From Gemmatimonadota bacterium (GTDB lineage Bacteria; Gemmatimonadota; Gemmatimonadetes; Gemmatimonadales; GWC2-71-9), in the NCBI GenBank assembly GCA_041491545.1, contig JBGPVE010000002.1, positions 1 to 36,789 on the forward strand: a DNA stretch of 36,789 bases, given 5' to 3'. The notes beneath the pieces are model-generated. The model saw only the letters and a program-made list of their open reading frames with translations, searched no databases and was not told the DNA's origin. The position numbers were made by a program, and so were the translations under genes. Shown here piece after piece: positions 26,001 through 34,022 of the stretch (its first letter is position 1; each line of letters begins with the position of its first letter).

Positions 26001-26485
26001 GCGCGGGTCTCAAGAACCTGCACGTGGTCGATGCGCCGCCGGCGGCGATGTCCTGGACGGCGCTCGGATTGTTCAGCTCGTCGAGGCGGCGACAGTCGAT
26101 CCGGATTCTGCCCGGGCGCCTCGGCGGCTGGACCGTGGGGCTCATGCTTCCCAAGGCGGCGATACTCGGCGATGCGGGGCGGAGCCTGAAGCTCACCGGC
26201 TTCGCGGTGCGGAAGCCGACCCGTTCGATGATCAAGGCGCTGCGCGATCGGTTCGGCCGGGACGTCACCGCGTTCGACATCACCCGTCTGTACGTGCTGG
26301 AGAGCGGCGAGCGCGGGGGCCGGCTGGAGGAGCTGGAGATTCCGAAAGCCGGCGTGCGTGTTCTGCTTTCGTTCGCCGCGCCCGCCAGAGGCAAGGGTGA
26401 AGCCGCGTTCAACGTCGTGCAGGAGGATGGAGAGCGGATCGTGGGGGGGAACACTTTCGTGCTGCGCACGCGGCGGGCGCGCTAG
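23072..26485 (+). CDS. BNR/Asp-box repeat beta-propeller protein (sortilin/VPS10- or Ycf48-like repeats) with basic N-terminal extension and extra C-terminal domain
   Basis: 1137 aa, GAGGAG upstream. At least six clear Asp-boxes (TDGGLTW, VDGGNSW, TDGGASW, TDGGNTW, TDGGATW, TNGGATW) plus degenerate ones. No signal peptide. The first ~100 aa are Arg/Lys/Ala-rich. The C-terminal ~370 aa (DLYLRDHLMDTGR...WWWQCADIKV...) are non-propeller. Confidence 0.85.
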   Translation: MPAKRRKSPMRYSRKALPPPDDPLKRHEELAIDRFSNTGDQLRATTRTAAARARRSAKGRAKEEDGRVKRLAELRLAALVQHRARMAAEAQPARARLAPAVAPVAGASNWVQLGPSAVPKGQTYSSARVLITGRVTAIVVDPANTATIYTGTAQGGVWKTTDGGLTWAPKSDNEVSLAVGALAMDPSNSLALYAGTGEGNFSGDSYYGNGVLKTVDGGNSWTTLAQATFMGTRFSRLAVTPGTPTRLFAATGSGLYRSTDGGASWTKMTGVPASFATDVVVDPATPATAYAAFWGNGIYRCTNAGAATPTWTPLAGGLPVSGFTRVSLGLSPSSPQTVYALIAGPSYVVDRFTQTTDGGNTWTAIALPGGNIGGQGFYNLNVAVDPTTPDIVYLSGISLWKATRNPMTGVWTITDVGGPFHPDNHALAFDPANHLVIYAGSDGGIYRSTDGGATWSDRINRALCITQFEFIDQHPTSDAVVFGGTQDNGTEQYRNSPVFNHADDGDGGFCAVDATQPRNVVSTYYSASPKRSTAGGKFGTWLSVSSGIQGSPLFYPPLALDATNPSNIALGTDRMNLDGAQGAGGWPTQVALPGVFGNVSAIHYVNSSLIYAGTTTGQVYRLTLSGATWTATAIHAAPLPGQYIWDVAARPDDVDTVIVVMSTFGISHVWRGTVPAGGGTAAWSDISGAGGGTLPDIPANALVIDPAAPNTYYIATDIAVYRTTNGGATWTQFSEGLPNCAVFDLRLHGPSRLLRAATHGRGMWERRLDVASMSAVDLYLRDHLMDTGRTSPSLSGVPAAFEDPLHYVALGDTLWWWQCADIKVDALEGSPPAYQFPVSSVDYVTFESELQHRNAQRGRVNRVYVQLHNRGFAPGASVTAKLLYADASAGLPPLPVDFWTAFPGNSTDATHWKPIGTAQVVPSLSATEPTVVEWEWSTPSDAADHSCLLVVVDCPADPIPAASKVFDLGVLVPNEKRAGLKNLHVVDAPPAAMSWTALGLFSSSRRRQSIRILPGRLGGWTVGLMLPKAAILGDAGRSLKLTGFAVRKPTRSMIKALRDRFGRDVTAFDITRLYVLESGERGGRLEELEIPKAGVRVLLSFAAPARGKGEAAFNVVQEDGERIVGGNTFVLRTRRAR

Positions 26486-26546
26486 TGCCCGGATCTTGGG
26501 GATGCGGAGATATTCCCACGACCAACGTACTAGCGAGGAGTCGGCA

Positions 26547-27131
26547 ATGGAGAATTTCTTAGAGTTCTTGGGGGTGGCGGCCGTCGTCGTACTTCTACCC
26601 ATCGTGCCGGCGCTTCTGATCTACAAGTACGTTCCTCCGGGCAGGACCGTCGCGGCGGGACCCTTCAGGGGTCTGCAGATCAAATTGACAGGCTCGTTCG
26701 CGGGCTACTTCGTCGTCCTTCTCGTCCTTCTGAGCTTTGCTGGCGCCTACTGGAAGCTGGCTGCGGAATACGAGCCATGGACCGTGCGTGGCAAGCTATT
26801 CTATGCCAATGGAAGACCGGTCGACGACGAGCGAGCCGTACTGTTCCAGGTGCAGCCACCCACCGCCCATGTTGCTGTGGACGGCAATTTTACAATCGTC
26901 GTACCGGTCGACATAACGAAATCGGAAGCGTTACCCATCATTCGGGTCGACCAGCTTCCGTTGCGGGATGGCGGGCCGGTGGCAGTCTCGCACCTTGAGA
27001 GCGATCCCCTTACGACTGCCGCCCGCACGAGGAGGAGCCTGCTCAGAAAGACTATTTGGCTACTCGATTCGCTAGTACTCACTACGCACCCGTCTCCTTA
27101 CCCGGATACACGTCAGGATTCCACACGCTAG
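26547..27131 (+). CDS. Hypothetical membrane protein (two N-terminal TM helices + beta-rich domain)
   Basis: Internal ATG (MENFLEFLGVAAVVVLLPIVPALLIY...) of ORF 26358..27131 with GAGGAG 6 nt upstream. Second hydrophobic helix FAGYFVVLLVLLSFAGAYW. WTVRGKLFYANGRPV...DGNFTIVVPV resembles a CarboxypepD_reg-like sandwich. Visibly lower G+C than the flanks. Confidence 0.6.
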   Translation: MENFLEFLGVAAVVVLLPIVPALLIYKYVPPGRTVAAGPFRGLQIKLTGSFAGYFVVLLVLLSFAGAYWKLAAEYEPWTVRGKLFYANGRPVDDERAVLFQVQPPTAHVAVDGNFTIVVPVDITKSEALPIIRVDQLPLRDGGPVAVSHLESDPLTTAARTRRSLLRKTIWLLDSLVLTTHPSPYPDTRQDSTR

Positions 27132-27139
27132 GAGGCAAT

Positions 27140-27520
27140 GTGAGAGTGCTACGCGGCGCAACATGCCAGCTGCTGACGAAGAGAATAGGTCTGTGGTTCA
27201 TTGTATCAGCATTCGCGGCCGCTACGACCTCCGTGGATGCGCAGGTCAGTTTGCGGGGGCGCCTGGATCGGCGTGATGCGTCTGGGCAGTTGTATCCGGC
27301 GACGGGATTTGCTGTGACGCTTAGATCTCCAACCACAGGAGTACGTTCCCTCGCCGCGTACGCGGGAATCGATGGATTCTATTACTTCTCCGGAGTTGCT
27401 CCGGGTCAGTACCAGTTGGAGGTGTGGTTGCCGACGAGTCCGCCAAGCCCGATGCTGTTCAACATTCAGGTACCGATGGTCCCCCAGTTTGATATTTTCC
27501 CGATTCTCGTGCCCTTCTGA
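27140..27520 (+). CDS. Secreted carboxypeptidase-regulatory-like (CarboxypepD_reg) domain protein
   Basis: GTG at 27140 (or 27146) just after AGGAGG and 9 nt after the upstream stop. Signal peptide RIGLWFIVSAFAAATTSVDAQ. Then VSLRGRL...GFAVTLRS...IDGFYYFSGVAPGQYQLEVW, typical of this Ig-like fold. The 5' part of listed ORF 27056..27520 overlaps the upstream gene. Confidence 0.65.
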   Translation: MRVLRGATCQLLTKRIGLWFIVSAFAAATTSVDAQVSLRGRLDRRDASGQLYPATGFAVTLRSPTTGVRSLAAYAGIDGFYYFSGVAPGQYQLEVWLPTSPPSPMLFNIQVPMVPQFDIFPILVPF

Positions 27521-27536
27521 CGCGCCCAACTTCTGG

Positions 27537-27560
27537 CGGATTGCTGGCTGCCGCAATCCG
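27537..27560 (+). terminator. Hairpin after the last gene of the caspase operon
   Basis: CGGATTGC-TGGCTGCC-GCAATCCG, a perfect 8-bp stem, 17 nt after the stop at 27520. No U-tract. Confidence 0.4.
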
Positions 27561-27738
27561 TGGGAAAGCCGTGAGCCATGTCCATCCAATGACAATGTGG
27601 TCGCGGCAGGGGTGTCGTACTCCAATCGTCCCGAGTTCTTGGGGGACGTGGACCGGAAGGTGGGCGCGAACTTCGGCCTGCGATATAAGACCGTGAAGAA
27701 TTGATCCCACCAGCGGGCGCACCGGAAGCCGGGGAGTA

Positions 27739-28012
27739 ATGGCTTACGGCCGGGTCGCCATGCTCGTCATCCACGGCATGGGCGAGCAGTTCCCTACGAA
27801 ACCCTCGACACGATCACCCGCGGATTTGCGGAGACGTTCGCGACGCGCGCGGGCTGAGCGCACTCACCAGCGAGCGCCGGCAGCATGCGGACTGGACCGA
27901 GATCACCGTGCACATCGACTTCGGACCCCGATGACACCGCGCGGCCTGCAGCGACTCAGACTGTTCGAGTTCTACTGGGCCCGCAAATTGGGTGGAGACG
28001 GCCGCTGGCCGC
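27739..28012 (+). pseudogene. Probable frameshifted / truncated remnant of an alpha/beta-hydrolase-like gene
   Basis: ORF 27739..28110 opens with a credible MAYGRVAMLVIHGMGEQFP and then turns into Arg-rich shadow sequence. Protein-like text continues if the frame is switched three times: YETLDTITRGFAETFATRAG from 27795, LSALTSERRQHADWTEITVHIDFGP from 27854, then TPRGLQRLRLFEFYWA back in the first frame. The reading then runs into the 3' end of the minus-strand M48 gene. Hand translation only. Confidence 0.35.
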
Positions 28013-29467
28013 TCACTGCCCCACCGAAGCCGTCCGCGGAATGCCGCCGACCACCCGCTTGTAAGCTCTCCCCGGGCGCACCGGCGCGTCCGGCCCGTCG
28101 AGCCCATTGATGAGCGCCACTTCCGCGATCGGGATCGTCGACGGATACCGCTGGTTGAACTGCGTCAGCGTCATTCCCTCGTTGACCTGCACCAGCTCGA
28201 TCCGCGCCGGCTGCACGTTGAGCGCCGCGGGATCCCGCAGTGCTTGAAAGCTCCCGATCGTACGGCGGAAAGCGTCATCGTAGTTGCCGAGATTGCCGGC
28301 GCCGGTATAGGCAAGGATGCCGTAGGTCGTACCGCCGTACGAGATGAACGAGACCAGCCCCTGGACCGCCCCCTGATCGGACTGAGCCGTGAAATAGGTC
28401 GATGCGGCGGTGTTGCCGTTGACGTTTTGGCTCGACGCGGTGCCCGGTTGAATCCCCTGCTGGGATAGGAACTGGCGCGCCGCCTGGTCGGGCGGCACCT
28501 GCCCCGCCAATTTGAGCTGGATGATCGCGTCCTGGTTGGGGCTCGCCGCGACGACGGCATCGGCCCCGTTCTGCGTCTTCCACCCATCCGGAAAGGTGAG
28601 CTGAAACCGCAGGTCCGGATGCAGGAACTGGGTTCCGCGAAAGTAGCCCTGCCGCGGATCGTCGCCGTACACCACATGGTTGATCCGCTGGAGGTAGCCG
28701 TCGCGATTCACCGTCGCCTTGCTCAAATCCCGCTTGAGCGTGTCGAGCCGGGCCTGCGTGTCCTTGACCCGGTTTTCGGGGCTTGGGTGGGTCGCCAACC
28801 ACTCCGGCAGCTTCCCGCCGCCGCTGATTTGACTCACCCCCTCCAGCGTCTGGAACACGTCGAGCATCTGACGGACGTCGTAGTTCGCGTTGAGCGCGTA
28901 GCGGAATCCCGCGAGGTCGGCCTCGTTCTCGGCATCCCGGCTGTACTTGAGGAATAGAACGCCGAGACCCTGGCTCAAGAGGCCGGAGGCCTGCGCCACC
29001 TGCGAGTTCAGGATCGAGCCGATTCCGAGGCCCAACTGCGCCACCTCCGCTTTGCTGATCTGTTGAACCGAGTGCCGGTTGGTAACGTGCCCGATCTCGT
29101 GGCCGACGACGGTCGCCAGCTCCGCTTCGTTGGTGATCGAGCCGATGAGCCCACGCGTCACGTAAATGAACCCGCCCGGAAGCGCGAACGCGTTCACCGA
29201 GGCGTCGTTTACGACGTGGAACTCCCAGGGCAGATTGGGCCGCTCCGAGCTCTTCGCCATCCGGTCTCCGATACCGGCCACGTACGACTGGATCGCGGGA
29301 TCGTTGTAGAAGCCGATGGTCTGCTGCACCTGTTGAGCTTCCTGCTTGCCCATCTCGATCTCTTGGGACTCGGAGACGAGCGAGAGTTGGCTCTTACCGG
29401 TCACAGGATTCGTCGCGCACGACGCCGCGGCGAATAAGAAAGTGCCGAGCGCGATTTGCCGTCGCAT
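28013..29467 (-). CDS. M48 family zinc metallopeptidase (BepA/YfgC-like), lipoprotein
   Basis: HEIGH zinc motif in ATVVGHEIGHVTNRH. Signal plus lipobox LFAAASC. Start chosen at the ATG (MRRQIALGTF...) with GAGGA 8 nt upstream. The listed ORF start (GTG, 29491) is the alternative. Confidence 0.88.
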   Translation of the reverse strand: MRRQIALGTFLFAAASCATNPVTGKSQLSLVSESQEIEMGKQEAQQVQQTIGFYNDPAIQSYVAGIGDRMAKSSERPNLPWEFHVVNDASVNAFALPGGFIYVTRGLIGSITNEAELATVVGHEIGHVTNRHSVQQISKAEVAQLGLGIGSILNSQVAQASGLLSQGLGVLFLKYSRDAENEADLAGFRYALNANYDVRQMLDVFQTLEGVSQISGGGKLPEWLATHPSPENRVKDTQARLDTLKRDLSKATVNRDGYLQRINHVVYGDDPRQGYFRGTQFLHPDLRFQLTFPDGWKTQNGADAVVAASPNQDAIIQLKLAGQVPPDQAARQFLSQQGIQPGTASSQNVNGNTAASTYFTAQSDQGAVQGLVSFISYGGTTYGILAYTGAGNLGNYDDAFRRTIGSFQALRDPAALNVQPARIELVQVNEGMTLTQFNQRYPSTIPIAEVALINGLDGPDAPVRPGRAYKRVVGGIPRTASVGQ

Positions 29468-29560
29468 ATCGGTCGTCCTCGATGAGTTCACGGAGAATGT
29501 ACCATGGCAAATGGCGGGGCGCTGTGATCCGGGTCCCGGTCATATGCTGCCGACCGGGAA

Positions 29561-29598
29561 GCGGTTAGATCGGCCGGGCATGCGGTTGGATCGACCGG
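29561..29598. repeat. Tandem 17-nt direct repeat with 21-nt period upstream of the M48 gene
   Basis: GCGGTTAGATCGGCCGG (29561-29577), GCAT, GCGGTTGGATCGACCGG (29582-29598), 15/17 identical. A partial CGACCGG lies at 29551-29557. Located in the GT2-stop / M48-start intergenic region, about 95-130 nt upstream of the M48 ATG. Confidence 0.5.
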
Positions 29599-29605
29599 CG
29601 AAGGC

Positions 29606-30373
29606 TCAGACCAGGGCCTGGGAGCCTGGGCTGGCCGGCGCCGAATGTCGCAGCTCGATCGGAGCTGGATCGCTCGGCGGGAGGAGATTGCAGCGCACGA
29701 TGTGCCAGATGGCCGCCACGCCGTCCCGCCAGCCGATCTTCTTTCCCTCGGCATAGGTGCGGCCAGAATAGGAGATCGATACCTCCCAGATCCGGGCCCG
29801 CGCCTGGGCCAGGCGAGCCGTCAGCTCAGGCTCGAACCCAAAGCGGTCACTGGTGAGCGCGAGCGATTTCATGAGCGGCGCTCGCACCATTTTGTAACAG
29901 GTCTCCATGTCGGTCAGGTTGAGATCCGTGAACATGTTGGAGAGGAGCGTGAGCACCTGGTTGCCGATCGAATGCCAGAAGTAGAGCACCCGATGATCGC
30001 CGCCCAAGAAACGAGAGCCGAAGACCGCGTCGGCTTTGTCCAGGAGGATCGGCTGGAGCAGTCGAGGTAACTCGGAGGGCTCGTACTCGAGGTCAGCGTC
30101 CTGCACCACGATGACATCGCCGGTGGCCGCCGAAACGCCGGTGCGGATAGCGGCACCCTTGCCGCGATTGAGCGCGTGATGCAGCACGACGTCGATCCGC
30201 CCGTCGCCCCGGAGGGCGTCGAGAATGTCGCCGGAGCCGTCAGTGGACGCGTCGTTGACCGCGATGACCTGGATCGGCAGCGGCACCGTCCGGACCCGCT
30301 CGACCAGCGCCGCGACGGTCCGCGCCTCGTTGTAAACCGGAATGACGACACTGAGGCGGATCGGTTCAGGCAT
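29606..30373 (-). CDS. Family 2 glycosyltransferase (polyprenol-phosphate sugar transferase-like)
   Basis: Internal ATG ([20 protein letters not shown]...) of ORF 29606..30427. Contains VNDASTDGS and VVQDADLEY (DxD). GAGAGG upstream. Confidence 0.88.
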   Translation of the reverse strand: MPEPIRLSVVIPVYNEARTVAALVERVRTVPLPIQVIAVNDASTDGSGDILDALRGDGRIDVVLHHALNRGKGAAIRTGVSAATGDVIVVQDADLEYEPSELPRLLQPILLDKADAVFGSRFLGGDHRVLYFWHSIGNQVLTLLSNMFTDLNLTDMETCYKMVRAPLMKSLALTSDRFGFEPELTARLAQARARIWEVSISYSGRTYAEGKKIGWRDGVAAIWHIVRCNLLPPSDPAPIELRHSAPASPGSQALV

Positions 30374-30680
30374 GACGGAGCCTCTCGAAAAGATCCCCAC
30401 CGGACGGAGCGCAGCCGCTTGCTGCAAAATAAGCGAGTCTTGCGTGAGGGCAGGATCGCAGTTGCATCGCTGCGGTCGATTTCCGGCTCCGCCAATAGGA
30501 GTCTGATGTGTTACTACTATCTATACATCATTGTGGCAATGACTTACATATTGCCGCCTGCGTCTTGAGCGGCAACCCTCCGCAATTCAATGGCTTACCG
30601 TTGCGGTCCGGCCCGCGGGCGCGGGCAACAACCGACCATATCATGCTAACTCACTTGTTAACAGTAACTTAAACCTATCC

Positions 30681-30710
30681 TTGACTTGAGAAGTCTGGCC
30701 GTCGTAATTG
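30681..30710 (+). promoter_or_regulatory. Weak candidate sigma-70 promoter for ptrB
   Basis: TTGACT (30681-30686), an 18-nt spacer, then TAATTG (30705-30710), about 70 nt upstream of the ptrB ATG. Motif match only, with a suboptimal spacer and -10. Confidence 0.25.
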
Positions 30711-30780
30711 CGCGCAGGACCTCCAGGGCTGGTCCGGCGTACCATCAGCAAGCACCCGCGGCGGGAACCGCAAGACTCAC

Positions 30781-32896
30781 ATGCCGCTCGAATCCTCGCG
30801 TCGTCTTCCTCCTTCGGCCGCCGTCGTGCTCGCCGGAGAGGTTGAAGTTGATCCGTCTACGTTTGACGCCGCACCCGAGCCGCCGCAGGCTCGCCAGGTG
30901 CCGCACGTCGATGCTCGTCACGGTGACGTGCGAATCGACGAATTCCGCTGGCTCCGCGACCGCGACGATCCCGCGGTCGCGACCTATCTCCATGCGGAAA
31001 ACGCCTACACCCGCGCCGTGATGCGCCAGACCGAGCCGCTCCAGGAGCGGCTCTACCAGGAGTTGGTCGGCCGAATTCAGGAGACCGACCTCTCGGTGCC
31101 CGAGCGCATCGACGACTTTAGCTACTACACGCGGATCGAAGCCGGCCGGCAGTACTCGCTCCTCTGCCGCAAGCGTGGGAGTGAAGCGGCCCCGGAGGAG
31201 CTGCTCCTCGACCTGAACGCGCTCGCCGACGGTCATCCGTATTTCCGGCTGGGCGTGCACGAAGCGAGTCCCGACCACCGCTATCTGGCCTATTCCGTCG
31301 ATGTCACGGGTGCGGAGGCGTACACGCTCTTCATCAAGGACCTGCGCGACGGAACGATGCTCCCCGAGCACATCCCCAATACCGCGCACACCGCGGTCTG
31401 GGCCAACGACAGCCAGACGCTCTTCTATACGGTGCTCGACGAGAGCAAGCGCCCCTGCGCCCTCTATCGCCACCGGTTGGGCGACGACCCCGCAAACGAT
31501 AAGCTGGTGTACTTCGAGTCCGACGAGGCGTTTTTCCTGGACGTGACTCGCACCCGGAGCCGGGAATACCTCCTACTCGAGCTCGCGAGCCACACCACGT
31601 CCGAGGTGCGCGCGCTGCGCGCCGATCAGCCTGACGGCGACTTTCAGATGATCTATCCGCGCCAGCCTGGCGTCGAGTACTCGGTTGGGCATCACGGCGA
31701 CCGGTTCTTCGTGGTCACCAACGAAGGCGCGGAAAACTTTCGCTTGGTCGATGCGCCGGTGTCCGACCCCGCCAAGGCCAACTGGCGGGAGATACTCCCG
31801 CATCGGCCGGCGGTGAAGCTGGACGGGATCGACCTCTTCCGCGGCCATCTCGTCGTACACGAGCGTCAGGAGGGCCTCAAAGGGATTCGCGTGATCGACC
31901 TCGCGAGCGGCGAGGCTCATACCGTGCAATTCCCCGAGTCGGTGTACAACATTCACGGGTCGACCAATCCCGAGTTCGACACCAGCCTGCTCCGCTTTGT
32001 CTACACGTCGCTCGTCACCCCGGCGATGGTCGTGGACTACGACATGGCGACTCGCACCCGAGAGGTTCGGAAACAAACCGTCGTGCGGGGCGGGTACGAT
32101 CCGTCGCGGTATCGGACGGAGCGGGTGTTCGGCTGCGCGCCGGACGGGACCCGAATCCCGATCTCCCTCGTCTATCGGCACCCGCTCGAGCTGGACGGCG
32201 CTCGGCCGCTCCTACTGGCGGGCTATGGCGCGTATGGGGTGAGCTACGATCCGTCCTTCTCGACCCACACGTTGAGCCTGCTCGACCGCGGGCTGGTCGT
32301 CGCCATCGCCCACGTGCGCGGCGGGGAGGAATTGGGGCGCCGCTGGTATCACGACGGCAAGCTGCTGCGCAAGCGAAATAGCTTCACCGACTTCATTGCG
32401 GCAGCCGAGCACTTGATCGCGGCGGGCTATACGACACCGGAGCGGCTGGCGATCAACGGCGGCAGCGCCGGTGGGCTCTTGATGGGCGCCGTCACCAATT
32501 CTCGGCCCGATCTGTTCAAGGCTGTTGTCGCCGAGGTGCCTTTCCTCGACGTGCTCAATACGATGCTCGATGCCTCGCTCCCGCTCACCGTCATCGAGTA
32601 CGAGGAGTGGGGCAATCCGAACGACATCGACGCCTATGCCTACATGAAGTCATACTCGCCGTATGACAACATCGAAGCGAAGGCCTATCCGCACATGCTG
32701 GTCACCGGCGGCTTCAACGATCCCCGCGTCGCCTATTGGGAGCCCGCCAAATGGACGGCGCGCCTCCGCGCCAGAAAGACGGACCGAAACCGGCTGCTGC
32801 TCAAGACCAATATGGGCGCGGGCCACGGCGGCGCATCCGGCCGCTACGACTTTCTCAAGGAGTTGGCGTTCAAGTACGCCTTCATCCTGGACGTCC

Positions 32897-32907
<11 letters not shown>
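30781..32907 (+). CDS. ptrB: Oligopeptidase B (protease II), S9A prolyl oligopeptidase family
   Basis: 708 aa. N-terminal beta-propeller region with [18 protein letters not shown]. Catalytic Ser in [15 protein letters not shown]-terminal GGFNDPRV (Asp) and MGAGHGG (His). Confidence 0.92.
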
Positions 32908-33883
<976 letters not shown>

Positions 33884-34022
33884 ATATGCTCGCAGCTGCA
33901 TGTTGGTCAGAAGCACCGAACCTCTGTTATCATCCGGGCCGAATCGAGGGCCAGCCGCAAGCTAATCACCGGCGGCGGCGGGCCGATAGCCGTCAGCCGA
34001 CCGCCCGCGCGGAGATACGTCG

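Noticed and set aside
22652-26602. 1316-aa minus-strand ORF, the longest in the window
   Set aside because: It is antisense to the Asp-box propeller gene. Its composition (Arg/Gly/Pro/Asp runs) and lack of motifs are typical of high-G+C shadow ORFs, and the plus-strand frame has repeated SxDxGxTW boxes and a good SD.
27372-27704. 110-aa ORF downstream of the secreted CarboxypepD_reg-like gene
   Set aside because: Its first half overlaps that gene out of frame. The remainder has no SD, no motif and poor codon bias. At most it is further gene debris.
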